The notes: generated by a model from the sequence alone, not told the origin. A DNA stretch of 64,000 nucleotides from an uncultured Acidobacteriota bacterium (GCA_963733815.1 CAVTEG010000012.1:5322-69321); one strand, 5' to 3'; counted from the stretch's first letter, positions 9,033 to 22,323 are shown. Numbers and translations: made by a program.

Positions 9033-10163
9033 TCAGGAGTGCGGAGCCGCGGCCGTCAGGCGCTCCCGAAACGCCTTCGAGAGAGGGATCAGACCCGAGC
9101 CCTTCTTCTGCGTCGCGCGGTCGTACGCTTCGAAGAAGGCCCGGGGACCTCCCGCCAGCGCCGCGCGATACGCGTCGAGGCCGGACACCTGAATGATGCC
9201 GTCCGCGAGAAAAGCGCCCGCGGGCCCGGCGACCTGAGTGGTGAACTCGGGCTTGCGGATCTCCGCAGCGAGCGTCACGCGGGCGTCGAGGTCTCCCTCC
9301 GACGACATGAGGCGGTCGGCGGTGCGGTTCAGCGCGTCGATCGACGACTTCATCGGCTCCTTCAGCCATACGGACAGCGGAAAGAAGTTCTCGTCCACCG
9401 TGTAGAGCGTGACCGGTCCGGCCTCGGCCACCGCGCGCATCAACGGCTCGAGCTGGCCGAGGGACGCGTCGTGCTTCAGCCAGGCCGGGCTCTTGGCTCG
9501 GTACTCCGCCCACGCGCGCTGGTAGGCCTCGCTCGCCATCATCCGCGAGAGGTGCTTGATCTGGTCGGCGGGGGTCGAGGACTCGACGTCCGACAGGGCC
9601 CGCGACAGGTCGATGACGACGGCCCACTCGGCGCCTTCGATCGGCATCGAGATGTGGTCGGCCCGGCCGGGGAGCCCGAATGTCAGGAACACCGGCAGCG
9701 TAGCGTCCAACGGAATGTCGCGCGGCAGGAGCGACGCCGCCCGGTCGGCCGCGAGCTTCGTCAGCTCGGCCTCGCGGGTGGACACCATCCCGAGAAGCTC
9801 GTCCCACCGGCCTTTCTCGTCGCGAATCTTCCGGAAGTCGAAGATGGCGACGCGAACCTGCGGATCGAACGCCGCCGCGAAGTCGCGCTCGAAGGACTCG
9901 GGCGGGCGCGCGGATTCCTTGATGGCGAGCTGCACCGGAACCAAGCTCTCGAGCTGTTTCGTCTCCGCCGGGTTGTAGGCGGTCTGCCCGAGCAGGTGCA
10001 GGATCTCCCGCGCGGCGCGCATGTCCAGAGTGATCGCGACTTTTCCCTGCGCGACCGGAGGGCTGTCGTACGGCGCCCGAGACGTGGCGCTCTGCATCGC
10101 GACGGGAGTCGGGGCCGGGACTCCGGCGAGCGAGGCGACGAGGATCGCAAAGCCGATCCTCAT
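9033..10163 (-). CDS. Secreted DUF5700-like protein lacking the HExxH zinc motif
   Basis: Signal peptide. SEAYQ occupies the expected HExxH helix. Family assignment is by recall only. Confidence 0.5.
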   Translation of the reverse strand: MRIGFAILVASLAGVPAPTPVAMQSATSRAPYDSPPVAQGKVAITLDMRAAREILHLLGQTAYNPAETKQLESLVPVQLAIKESARPPESFERDFAAAFDPQVRVAIFDFRKIRDEKGRWDELLGMVSTREAELTKLAADRAASLLPRDIPLDATLPVFLTFGLPGRADHISMPIEGAEWAVVIDLSRALSDVESSTPADQIKHLSRMMASEAYQRAWAEYRAKSPAWLKHDASLGQLEPLMRAVAEAGPVTLYTVDENFFPLSVWLKEPMKSSIDALNRTADRLMSSEGDLDARVTLAAEIRKPEFTTQVAGPAGAFLADGIIQVSGLDAYRAALAGGPRAFFEAYDRATQKKGSGLIPLSKAFRERLTAAAPHS

Positions 10164-10888
10164 CCCAGGATCGCCTCCACGGCGCGGCGCGTGTCCGAAA
10201 AGTCTTCGAAGACGGCATCGGGCTTCTCCGCTGACAGCCTCTCGACCGAAGTCAGCCCCGTGGCCACGGCGACCGCGCGGACGCCCAGCGATCGGCCACA
10301 GGCGACGTCATGCACCGAATCCCCCACGACCACCACCGACTTGCCGTCGAAGCGGCGTCCGGTGTGGGCCCGCGCGCGCTCGACGGCGATCGCCGGGAGC
10401 TGGTACCGGTCGTGCGAGTCGCTGCCGAAGGCCCCGAAAGGAAAGTAGGGGTTGTACCCCGGAGGATCGAGCTTCAGGCGCGCCCCCTTCTCGAGGTTGC
10501 CGGTCAGGAGCCCCAGGGTGACCTCGGGCCGCTCCGCCAGCCGCGCGAGCAGCTCCGGGATCCCCGGCTTGGGGACCACGGACTCCGGCGTGAGCTGGCG
10601 CTCGAGCTCCTGGAGGTAAAGCTGCAGCGCGTTGGGCAGGCCCGACTCGAACCTCTCCTGTCCGACCTCCGCCAGGACGAGCTCGCGGACGATCTGGGGG
10701 TCCGTTTTTCCCGAAAAATCGTACTTCTCCCGGTTCCAGTGCTCCTCGGCGGCGTTCCACCCGTACGCGGCCGCGAGGGATCGGAGGATCGACTCGCGGG
10801 CGACCTTGCCCGCGGAGATCAGCGTTCCGTCGATGTCGAAGAGGACGAGGCGGTGCCCGTTCGTGCGCGAAAGCGTTCCGTCAGCCAT
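10160..10888 (-). CDS. HAD family hydrolase (phosphoglycolate-phosphatase-like)
   Basis: FDIDGTL, LLTGN, GDSVHD motifs. Confidence 0.9.
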   Translation of the reverse strand: MADGTLSRTNGHRLVLFDIDGTLISAGKVARESILRSLAAAYGWNAAEEHWNREKYDFSGKTDPQIVRELVLAEVGQERFESGLPNALQLYLQELERQLTPESVVPKPGIPELLARLAERPEVTLGLLTGNLEKGARLKLDPPGYNPYFPFGAFGSDSHDRYQLPAIAVERARAHTGRRFDGKSVVVVGDSVHDVACGRSLGVRAVAVATGLTSVERLSAEKPDAVFEDFSDTRRAVEAILG

Positions 10889-11763
10889 CACTCCGCATCA
10901 TATTCAAAGCGCGCCGCGTGCCAGGCCATCAGCTCCGGCAACGCCCGGCTCCAATAATCCCAATCGTGCCCGCCCCTCTCCAGGATCACGGTCGTCGGCA
11001 CGCCGCGCTCGTTCAAGAGCATCCCGTACTGCGCGGCCACGCCCTCGAGGCCGTAGAAGTCTTCGCTGCCCGCGCGCAGCTGCACGGGAAATGGAGGCGT
11101 CTCGAAGCAGAGACCCCAGAGGATGTTCCACGGGTCGTTTTCCGCGAGCGAGTTGGCTTCCTTCTTCCGTCCGAAGACACGCATCAGCGTGAACCGCGCC
11201 ACCCAGCTGTAGCGCTGGATGTCCGACCAGCCGAACGGAATCAGAGCGCCCGACAGCGCCGAGACCGAGCCGTAGAAATCGGGATGCTTCAGAGCGGTCT
11301 TGACCGCGCCGTAGCCGCCCATCGAGACGCCCGTGATTCCGCGTCCGCCGCGGCCGGGGATGACGCGGTAGCGCTCCTCGATCGAGCGCGGAAGATCCTC
11401 GGTCAGCAGTTTCTCGAACTGGTGCTTTCCGTCGTAGGAGTCCGAGAACCAGCTTCCGCTCCCGTCCGGAGCGACGATGAAGAACTCCGGAAGCGTCCCC
11501 TTCCGCATCCGCGACAGCGCCTCCTCCGCGACGCCGCGGCGCACGAGCGTGCGGCCGTCGCCGTAGCCGTCATGGAGAAAGTAGAGAACCGGGTAGCGCC
11601 GGCCGGGCGATCGTTCGTAGGACGGTGGTACGACGACCAGGCATTCGGGCGCGCTCGGGAGCGCCGTCGTCGGAATCCGGTCGATCCGCATTCCCGGACC
11701 GGGTGCCGAGGAGCAAGCGGCGGCGCAGGCGACCAGCGTGAAGAGGAGCGCGCGGCGAATCAG
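10888..11763 (-). CDS. Putative lipoprotein esterase (alpha/beta hydrolase)
   Basis: LVACAAAC lipobox-like signal, YPVLYFLH, GVSMGG, GGHDWDYW. Probable CTG start overlapping the upstream TGA. Confidence 0.8.
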   Translation of the reverse strand: MIRRALLFTLVACAAACSSAPGPGMRIDRIPTTALPSAPECLVVVPPSYERSPGRRYPVLYFLHDGYGDGRTLVRRGVAEEALSRMRKGTLPEFFIVAPDGSGSWFSDSYDGKHQFEKLLTEDLPRSIEERYRVIPGRGGRGITGVSMGGYGAVKTALKHPDFYGSVSALSGALIPFGWSDIQRYSWVARFTLMRVFGRKKEANSLAENDPWNILWGLCFETPPFPVQLRAGSEDFYGLEGVAAQYGMLLNERGVPTTVILERGGHDWDYWSRALPELMAWHAARFEYDAE

Positions 11764-12512
11764 GGGGCGGCCGGTGGCTTGAAGAGCGCGTCGTCTCGCG
11801 ACGGAGAGACCGCGACGTTCTCGAAGCGGATCTCGAACGGCTCGCTCTGCATCGGCTTGTCCATCGAGAGCAGCATGCCGTTCATGTTCTTCCAATCTTT
11901 CCAGGCGACCGTCGTGGGAGCCTCGGCCGCGCCGCCCAGGACGTACTGCCACTGCAACATGTGGCGCCCGTCGCGCGTGATCCAGAGCCAGTACACGTCC
12001 TTGGGAGTCAGGCCGACGTTGTCGAACGACAGCTTCAGGATGTCGCAGGTCCCTCCGGCCGGGCAGGGTTTCTCGCCGTCGTACGTCAGGTTCACGCCCG
12101 GGTCGAAGATCTTCCATGGAGCCAGGAGCCAGTACGAGTCGTTGATGAACCGCCCGTACGCGCTCTCGAGTCGCTTCGCATTCTCCTCCGCCGGAACGGC
12201 GGCGCCGTTGACGAACGCCTTGCCCTCCTTGGTGTTGACGTTGAAGTACACCACGTACGGAGCGCCCGCCTTGTCGACGCCCCTCAACCGATAGTCGCCG
12301 GTGTACCGATCCCAGACGTGAGAGAAACGCGCGAGGTCCTTCCCCTCTTTCGCCACGACGAAATCGAACTGGAATTGCCGCGACTTCTCCCACGCCGGCA
12401 TCCCGCCCAGCGCGGCGATCAACTCCTTGCCGACCGCGTCCGCCTTCGGGTCGTGCCCGGCTGGCGATGCCGACAGGAGGGCTGCAAGGAGCGCCATTGC
12501 GACTCTCTGCAC
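11760..12512 (-). CDS. Secreted hypothetical protein (possibly LolA-like/DUF6503 fold)
   Basis: Signal peptide, LGGMPAWEK, FINDSYWLLAPWK, VGLTPKDVYWL. Confidence 0.65.
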   Translation of the reverse strand: MQRVAMALLAALLSASPAGHDPKADAVGKELIAALGGMPAWEKSRQFQFDFVVAKEGKDLARFSHVWDRYTGDYRLRGVDKAGAPYVVYFNVNTKEGKAFVNGAAVPAEENAKRLESAYGRFINDSYWLLAPWKIFDPGVNLTYDGEKPCPAGGTCDILKLSFDNVGLTPKDVYWLWITRDGRHMLQWQYVLGGAAEAPTTVAWKDWKNMNGMLLSMDKPMQSEPFEIRFENVAVSPSRDDALFKPPAAP

Positions 12513-12529
12513 GTCGCGATCATATTCCC

Positions 12530-12588
12530 GGTTGCAGGTTCCAGGTGACTCAGATCGACCTGGAAGCTGGAACCTGGAACTTGGAACT
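12530..12588. repeat. Inverted heptamer array (AGGTTCC / GGAACCT units)
   Basis: GGTTGCAGGTTCCAGGT...ACCTGGAAGCTGGAACCTGGAACTTGGAACT between divergent genes. Confidence 0.7.
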
Positions 12589-12599
12589 ACACTTGCGCC

Positions 12600-13079
12600 A
12601 TGCCCGAGTTGCGAAAGATGCCCCGGGACCTCCACGCGGCTCTGGGCGGCGAAGGGTTCCGGCGCCGGCGGCGGCTCGTGCTTCCGCTGCTGACGACGGA
12701 CCCGGAGGGATTTCCGAGAGTGGCCCTCCTGACCCTGGGCGAGGTCCGCGCGAATTCGGTCTCGGAGCTCGCGGTGGCAGTCCGCGCCGAGAGCCGCACG
12801 GCGTTCAACCTCGTTCGGCGGGCGACGGCCACGCTCGTCTATCTCCACAGGCCGATCACGGCGTCGGTCCAGGCGCGGGCCGGACACGGACGCGTCTCGA
12901 CGGCGGATCCGGGCCGCCGCGTCTTTCCACTTTCAGTCGAGCGCGTCCGGGTGGACCGGCCGGCTCAGGACGAAGGAGACGTGGAGCTGTTGACCGGACC
13001 GACGTTCGCGGGAGGCGACGCCGAGGGTTTGTTCTCCGAAGAGCTCTTCGCCGAGCTCGGGAAGGTGAAGCCGCGATGA
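12600..13079 (+). CDS. Pyridoxamine 5'-phosphate oxidase-like (FMN-binding split barrel) protein
   Basis: LLTTDPEGFPRVALL..SRTAFNL pattern. Confidence 0.65.
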   Translation: MPELRKMPRDLHAALGGEGFRRRRRLVLPLLTTDPEGFPRVALLTLGEVRANSVSELAVAVRAESRTAFNLVRRATATLVYLHRPITASVQARAGHGRVSTADPGRRVFPLSVERVRVDRPAQDEGDVELLTGPTFAGGDAEGLFSEELFAELGKVKPR

Positions 13080-13807
13080 GGTTTCAGGATCGGACGGTCC
13101 TGGTCACGGGCGCCAGCCGCGGCATCGGCCGCTCGATCGCGCTGCGCTTTGCCGAAGAGGGCGCGCGCGTCGCCGTGGTCGCCCGCACCGCCGAGCCGCT
13201 CCAGGAGACCGCGAAGCAGGCCGAGCAGCTCGGCGGCAAGAGCCTGGCGATCCCCGCCGACATCACATCCCCCGGCGCCGCCGAGGAATGCGTTGCGGCG
13301 GCCGAGAAGGCGTTCGGTCCCGTGGACGTCCTGGTCAACAACGCCGGGATCTTCATCTGGAGGCCGTTCCTGAAGCTCTCCCCCGAAGACTGGGACCGCG
13401 TTCTCGCGACCAACCTGACCGCCGCCGCCTCGTTCTGCCGTGCGGTCCTGCCCGGAATGGTCGAGAGACGCCGCGGCCGGATCGTCAACGTGGCCTCGAT
13501 CCACGGAATGCGCGGGGACGCCAACGTCGCTGCCCAGAGCGCCGCCAAGTTCGGATTGATCGGGCTCACACAGAGCCTCGCCCGCGAGTTCCGCACCTGC
13601 AACGTCGCCGTCAATGCAGTCTCCCCTGGCACCGTCGAGAACAAAAAGGACGAGGGCGACGCCCTTCACACCGAGCCTCTCGCCGAGAAGCTCTGGCCGA
13701 GGGACGTCGCCCGCGCCGTGCTCTTCCTCGCCTCCGACGACGCCGCCGGGATCACCGGTGCGGTCCTCGAGGTCCTGGGCGGAACTCACCTGGTCATCGC
13801 ACCGTAG
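13076..13807 (+). CDS. SDR family NAD(P)-dependent oxidoreductase, catalytic Tyr replaced by Gln
   Basis: TGASRGIG, NNAG, NVAS present; QSAAK instead of YxxxK. Confidence 0.85.
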   Translation: MRFQDRTVLVTGASRGIGRSIALRFAEEGARVAVVARTAEPLQETAKQAEQLGGKSLAIPADITSPGAAEECVAAAEKAFGPVDVLVNNAGIFIWRPFLKLSPEDWDRVLATNLTAAASFCRAVLPGMVERRRGRIVNVASIHGMRGDANVAAQSAAKFGLIGLTQSLAREFRTCNVAVNAVSPGTVENKKDEGDALHTEPLAEKLWPRDVARAVLFLASDDAAGITGAVLEVLGGTHLVIAP

Positions 13808-13882
13808 GCCGAGTCCGAGTCTGACCCGACGGACCTCGCGACAATACACAGGCAGAGGCGCGAGGAGGCATAAAATCCGGAC

Positions 13883-14437
13883 ATGAGCGTGCCGGCTGCG
13901 CTGAAGTTCACCTACGAGGATTACTGCCTCCTTCCCGAAGACCGCCGCTACGAGGTCGTGGATGGAGAGCTGTTCTTGACACCGGCGCCGACGACGTTTC
14001 ACCAGGCGGTCAAGGGACGCCTCAAGCGCTTGCTCGATGACTTCGTGAACGCCGGCGACCTCGGGATTGTGCTGGACGCCCCTTGCGATGTCGTCCTCTC
14101 CGACCACGACGTCCTTCAGCCCGACATCCTGTTCGTGTCGGCGGCGCGCCGGCCGATCGTAGGCGAAAAGTACATCGGGCCGGCCCCGGACCTGGTTGTC
14201 GAAGTCCTCTCTCCTTCGACCGAGACTCGCGATCGCGCTTCCAAGGCCAAGCGCTACGCTGCTTTCGGCGTCCGGGAGATGTGGTTGGTCGATCCGGCCG
14301 CAAAGACGATCGAGGTCCTAGTCAACTCGAGTGCAGGATTCGAACGCGCGGCCCTCTACGGAGAAGCCGACACCATGCACTCGGTCATCCTCGACGGTTT
14401 CGAGTTCGCCGCCGGACCTGTCTTCCGTCCGATCTGA
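13883..14437 (+). CDS. Uma2 family (DUF820) putative endonuclease
   Basis: RYEVVDG, QPDI, PDLVVEVLSPST, GVREMWLVDP. Confidence 0.9.
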   Translation: MSVPAALKFTYEDYCLLPEDRRYEVVDGELFLTPAPTTFHQAVKGRLKRLLDDFVNAGDLGIVLDAPCDVVLSDHDVLQPDILFVSAARRPIVGEKYIGPAPDLVVEVLSPSTETRDRASKAKRYAAFGVREMWLVDPAAKTIEVLVNSSAGFERAALYGEADTMHSVILDGFEFAAGPVFRPI

Positions 14438-14459
14438 ACCTTCCGAGCCCTCCCCCGTA
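14435..14459 (+). promoter_or_regulatory. Putative ECF sigma promoter TGAAC-N16-CGTA
   Basis: Matches AAC-N16-CGT spacing; about 50 nt upstream of ATG 14510. Confidence 0.5.
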
Positions 14460-14509
14460 GTAATCTGCCGCGGGCCCTCGGGCCCTTTCTTTCGCTACGG
14501 AGGACCAAG

Positions 14510-15257
14510 ATGCGGAGACTGAACCGCGACCGCCGCGGGCCTGCTGCTCGCTGCGGCCGCCCTGCCTGCCCAGACCGCCGACGAGATCGTCGCCAAGTAC
14601 GTGGCCAAGATCGGCGGGATGCCGAAGATCGAGGCCATCAAGACCCTCAAGAAGACCGGCAAATACACGGGCGGCGGCGGATTCGAAGCGAAGGTCGTAG
14701 AGGAGAACAAGCGGCCCGACATGGTGCGCCAGGAGTTCGTCCTTCAGGGGATGACCGGCATCACCGCCTACGACGGCAAGACGGGCTGGAAGATCGAGCC
14801 GTGGCAGGGCAAGAAGGACGTCGAGCCTCTCGGCGAAGAGGAGATGAAGGCGATCCTCGAGGACGCCGACTTCGACGGCCCGCTCATTCGACTGCGAAAG
14901 AGAAGGGCAACACCGTCGAGCTCGCTCGGCACCGAGCCGGTCGAAGGAACCGATGCCTTCAAGCTCAAGGTGACGTTGAAGAACGGCGACGTCGAGTACT
15001 TCTACATGGACACCGAGGACTTCGTTCCGATCAAGATCGAAAAGAAACGAATGATCCGCGGCGCGGAGCGCGAGTCGGAGACCTCGCTCGGCGACTACAA
15101 GGAAGTCGACCGGCGTTTACTCCCCCACTCCTTCGAGCAGGGAGTGAAGGGAAGCCCCAACCGGCAGAAGACCGTCTTCGACAAGATCGAGGCGAACGTC
15201 ACCCTCGACGACTCGCTCTTCCATCCGGCGCCGGCTCCGGCCGCGCCCGGCAAGTGA
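14510..15257 (+). CDS. Secreted LolA-like / outer-membrane lipoprotein-sorting protein (frameshifted)
   Basis: QTADEIVAKYVAKIGG..AYDGKTGW pattern, GGAGG RBS, indels near 14530 and 14890-14925. Confidence 0.6.
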
Positions 15258-15264
15258 GGACCGC

Positions 15265-18506
<3,242 letters not shown>

Positions 18507-18518
18507 GACCGAACTCGC

Positions 18519-19559
18519 TCAGCGTTCTCGTTCGAGCTTGACGATTTTGCCTTTCGGGCCGGCCGCCCATCCCGCGCCGTCGGCGCTGAAGGCGACGGCG
18601 TTGAGAGGGGTCGGGTCGACCGAAGCCCACGTCTTGCCGGCGTCGTCGGAGACGGCGATTCCCACGGGGCCGACGGCGACAAAACGGTCTCTGGCTCCGG
18701 GCACGGTCACGACCGCCGAGTAGAACCCGGACATGGAGATCGGGGCGGCGGTCCACGTCTTCCCGCCGTCCTCGCTGCGAATGCCGTTCAAAGACGTCAG
18801 CTTGGGCTGCTTGTAGTCGCCGCCGGAGGCGAAGCCTCGCGCTTCGTCGAGAAACGCCACGGAAAAGAGACCGCTCGAGGGGTTGCCGGCGGGAACGGGT
18901 GCGGCCGAGGAGTTCCAGTGTTGTCCGCCGTCGAGGGTGCGAAAGACGCGGGAAACGCGAGCTCCTCCGGTCACGAACCATGCGCGCTTGCCTCCCGGAA
19001 CCGTCGTCAGACAGGTGCCGCTGGCGGCGAAGATGCCCTCGCCCTTCAACGCGAAGGAAATCGTGCCGAGGCCGATCGGCTTCCAGCTCGCTCCGCCGTC
19101 GGACGTGAGGAGCACGCGAAACTCTCCCTGGGCTTCCTTCACCGGGTCGCCGACGAGGAGTCCGTTCTTCTCGTCCCAGAACGCGATCGCGTCGTAAAAG
19201 CCGTCGGCCTCGGGATTGGTGTGGACGAGCTTCCACGTCGCGCCGGCGTCGCTGCTCCGGTAGACCCGCGACTTGTCTCCCGGCCCGGCCGCCATCAACA
19301 CGACGACGTCGCGGGACGGCGTCTCGATGTCGCGGAAGTCGAGCTCCTCGCCTCCGGGAATCCGAACCTTCTCCCAGGTCTTCCCGTCGCGGGTCCGAAG
19401 CACGGTGCCCTGCGATCCGGTCGCCCACGCCGTCCTCGCATCGCGCACTGCGAGGCCGCGAAGCTCCGCGGTCGACCCGCTGACTTGAACCTCGACGCGA
19501 GACGGAGCGGCGCCGAGGAGCGCGAGCGCGGCGAGGGCCGAACCGGCGATTCGTCTCAA
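18519..19559 (-). CDS. WD40/YVTN/BNR-like (Ycf48-like) secreted protein
   Basis: TTG start, signal peptide, LDFRDI, FAASGT, multiple DGGxTW boxes. Confidence 0.8.
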   Translation of the reverse strand: MRRIAGSALAALALLGAAPSRVEVQVSGSTAELRGLAVRDARTAWATGSQGTVLRTRDGKTWEKVRIPGGEELDFRDIETPSRDVVVLMAAGPGDKSRVYRSSDAGATWKLVHTNPEADGFYDAIAFWDEKNGLLVGDPVKEAQGEFRVLLTSDGGASWKPIGLGTISFALKGEGIFAASGTCLTTVPGGKRAWFVTGGARVSRVFRTLDGGQHWNSSAAPVPAGNPSSGLFSVAFLDEARGFASGGDYKQPKLTSLNGIRSEDGGKTWTAAPISMSGFYSAVVTVPGARDRFVAVGPVGIAVSDDAGKTWASVDPTPLNAVAFSADGAGWAAGPKGKIVKLERER

Positions 19560-20380
19560 TGCGTACGGGTCTGGGGCTTGCGCAGGACGAATGCGGGCTC
19601 GCCGGGATGGATCGCGTGCGACAGGCCGCCGGGGCCGCGATCGAAGGCGCTCATGTCGATGGTCTCGACTTCGTCGAACGCCGTGCGGAAGAGGTCCACG
19701 ACGTCGAGGCCGTAGTCGCGCCAGTGTCCGCCGAAGGAGTTGTCGGGGAAGCGAACGGTCTCCTGACGCGAGAACTTGCCCGGGATGGTCACGACGGCGA
19801 AGCCGCCGTGTTTCAGCGTACGCGCGATGGCCGCGACTGCGGGGACATCGTCCTCGAGGTGCTCCAGGACGTGATTGCAGAGGACGAGGTCGTAGGACGA
19901 CGCCGGCAGCCGCGAGCGCATCAGGTCCTCGTTGGGATACGTCACGCCGTCCATCTTCAGGTCGCTCGTGTGGTAGACGGCGGTCAAGGGCTCGACGACG
20001 CGCCGGAGCACCTCCTCGGGCGCCATGTGCAGAGTGCGCGGCTTGCCTCCCCACTCGGCGATCAATTTGGGAATCAACATCGACAGGCCGCGGTGACGGC
20101 TCCGTGAGTCGCACCGGGGACAGGCCGCGTTCCACGCGGTGCCGGCGCTGTTGAACACCGCGAGAAACGACACGCCTTCGTGCCCGCAGCACGAGCAGCG
20201 CACGCGCGGCCGAAGCGTCTTGCCCACGTGCGCGATCAGCCAGTTGGCCGACTCGGCGACCCCGAGCGCTCCGGCGTTGACGGGATGGCCGGCGAGGACC
20301 TGGCGTGCCGTGATCCCGGCGATTTCCCGGGGGCCTTTGATGCGTCGGGGCGTGAACGTTCCGGGATTGTGCACCGACAT
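19556..20380 (-). CDS. Class I SAM-dependent methyltransferase with N-terminal Cys cluster
   Basis: CSCC..CPRCDSRSRHR, LHMAPE, YDLVLCNHVLEH. Confidence 0.85.
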   Translation of the reverse strand: MSVHNPGTFTPRRIKGPREIAGITARQVLAGHPVNAGALGVAESANWLIAHVGKTLRPRVRCSCCGHEGVSFLAVFNSAGTAWNAACPRCDSRSRHRGLSMLIPKLIAEWGGKPRTLHMAPEEVLRRVVEPLTAVYHTSDLKMDGVTYPNEDLMRSRLPASSYDLVLCNHVLEHLEDDVPAVAAIARTLKHGGFAVVTIPGKFSRQETVRFPDNSFGGHWRDYGLDVVDLFRTAFDEVETIDMSAFDRGPGGLSHAIHPGEPAFVLRKPQTRTH

Positions 20381-20397
20381 GGCGCGACTCTACTACC

Positions 20398-20757
20398 TCA
20401 CTTGCCCCAGAGCATCTTGATCGACACGAGCAGGAGAAAGCCTCCGAACATCCGCCGCAGCGTGAGGTCCGAGACCGGCTCCACGAGCTTGGCGCCGACC
20501 AGGGCCCCGACGAGGAGGCCGCCGGCCAGCAACGCCGAGTACCTCCATTCCAGATTTCCGTTCTTCCAGTAGACCCAGGCGCCCATCGCGCCGACCGGCA
20601 GGAGCAGCGCGCCGAGCGAGGTGCCCACGGCCGCGTGCTGTTTCATCCCGAAGAGCAGGACGAGGGCGGGCACGATGATCAAGCCTCCCCCGATTCCGAA
20701 CATTCCGGAGAAGACTCCGGCGAGCAATCCGACCAGGACCAGGCCGGCCAACTGCAT
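20398..20757 (-). CDS. Sulfite exporter TauE/SafE family protein (half-size)
   Basis: SGMFGIGGG, AVGTSL, about 4 TMs. Confidence 0.85.
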   Translation of the reverse strand: MQLAGLVLVGLLAGVFSGMFGIGGGLIIVPALVLLFGMKQHAAVGTSLGALLLPVGAMGAWVYWKNGNLEWRYSALLAGGLLVGALVGAKLVEPVSDLTLRRMFGGFLLLVSIKMLWGK

Positions 20758-20772
20758 GGGACCTCCTGCGGT

Positions 20773-21555
20773 TTACTCCGGAGGGATGGGATAGGCGAGT
20801 CCCGTATCGTGCGGGACGCCGTTGCGGATCTCCAGCGCCGCGTCCGGGGCGTTCGTCGTAATCGACGCCACGCCCGCGGACAGCAGCTTCTGCATCTCCT
20901 CGGGCTCGTCCACGGTCCATGGGTGGACCGAAAGGTTGACCATCGCCGCCTGCGAGAGGAGCGTGGGCGTGACGAGATCCTTGCGAGGTCCGATCGCGTC
21001 GACCGGCGGAAACAGCGGCGTACTCTGTCCAGGCGTGGGCAACGCGACGGGATGATCGAAGAGATAGCTCGTCGCGATGGACGGAGCGGCCTCGCGCATG
21101 CGCTTCAAGAACTCGGCGTCGAAGGACGCCACGAGGCAGCGGGCCTCCACACCGTAAACGGAGGCGAGCTTCGCGATCCGCCGCGCCATGGTGCCGAGCG
21201 GCAGGCCCAGTCCGCTCTTGACCTCGACGATGTACGCCATCTTCGGACCGTAGCGGTGAAACACCTGCTCGAGCTTGGGAATCCGGTACTCCCCCATCTC
21301 CGAGGGAATGACGAGCTTCTCGATCTCCCTCCAGGTGAAGGTGCGGACCGGGATGTGCTGGGTGCCGAGGACGACGTCGTCGTCGTGGAAAACGACCGCC
21401 TCGCCTTCGCGCGTCAGCCGGACGTCGAGCTCGATGGCGTCGACGCCGAAGCTCTCGGCGAAATCGAAGCTCTCGATCGTGTTTTCCCGGGCCCGACGCG
21501 GGGCGCCGCGATGTCCGACGATCCAGGATCGGTGCGCGGCCTTCCAGTCACTCAT
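20773..21555 (-). CDS. Glycerophosphodiester phosphodiesterase
   Basis: GHRG, ENT, ELDV, HD, WTVD motifs. Confidence 0.9.
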   Translation of the reverse strand: MSDWKAAHRSWIVGHRGAPRRARENTIESFDFAESFGVDAIELDVRLTREGEAVVFHDDDVVLGTQHIPVRTFTWREIEKLVIPSEMGEYRIPKLEQVFHRYGPKMAYIVEVKSGLGLPLGTMARRIAKLASVYGVEARCLVASFDAEFLKRMREAAPSIATSYLFDHPVALPTPGQSTPLFPPVDAIGPRKDLVTPTLLSQAAMVNLSVHPWTVDEPEEMQKLLSAGVASITTNAPDAALEIRNGVPHDTGLAYPIPPE

Positions 21556-21597
21556 CGGCGCGGCATTATGTGCGATCCGGCAGCTCATGTCTGTTGA

Positions 21598-22323
21598 TCA
21601 ACACTTCGGAATCACGCCGGCCCGCTCGATCTCCGCCAGGATCCCCGCGAGCGCCGCATCCGGGTCCGGGGCCGCGGTGATCGGCCGCCCGATGACCAGG
21701 AGATCCGCCCCGTCCTCGACGGCCGCAGCCGGCGTGGCGATGCGCTTCTGGTCCGCCACGGCGGCGCCCGCCGGACGGATCCCCGGCACGACCGTGAAGA
21801 AATCCGGGCCGCACGCCGAGCGGATGCCCGGAAGATCCGCCGCGGCGCAGACGACGCCGGCCAGTCCGCAGGCCTGCGCCAGAACCGCCAGGCGCCGCGC
21901 GATGCCCTCCGGATTCCCCGCCATCGGAAGGTCGGCCAGGGCGCGCGGATCGAGCGACGTCAGTAGCGTCACGGCGATCAACTTCGGAAGACCCGAGCGC
22001 GCCGCGGCGTCCCGCGCGGCCTCGAGCATGGCGCGGCCGCCCGACGCATGGACGTTGACCATCGCGGCTCCGGACCGCGCGGCCGACGCCACGGCCCCGG
22101 CGACGGTGGCGGGAATGTCGTGGAATTTCAGGTCGAGAAAGATCTTCGATCCGGTCTGCGCGGCCTCTTCGACCAGCGAGGGCCCGGCGATCACGAACGC
22201 TTCGAGTCCGATCTTGAGCCATCCCACGCGGCCGCCGAAACGGCGGGCGGCTTTGAGAACATCCTCGCGGGACGGAAAGTCGAGCGCGATGCAGACGCGA
22301 TCGGCCGCGGACGTCGCGGTCAT
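21598..22323 (-). CDS. pyrF: Orotidine-5'-phosphate decarboxylase
   Basis: FLDLKFHDIPATV, VPGIRP, VIGRPIT. Confidence 0.97.
   Translation of the reverse strand: MTATSAADRVCIALDFPSREDVLKAARRFGGRVGWLKIGLEAFVIAGPSLVEEAAQTGSKIFLDLKFHDIPATVAGAVASAARSGAAMVNVHASGGRAMLEAARDAAARSGLPKLIAVTLLTSLDPRALADLPMAGNPEGIARRLAVLAQACGLAGVVCAAADLPGIRSACGPDFFTVVPGIRPAGAAVADQKRIATPAAAVEDGADLLVIGRPITAAPDPDAALAGILAEIERAGVIPKC

Noticed and set aside
13883-14437. Uma2 nuclease as a defence system
   Set aside because: Solitary member of a commonly expanded family, with no partner genes.
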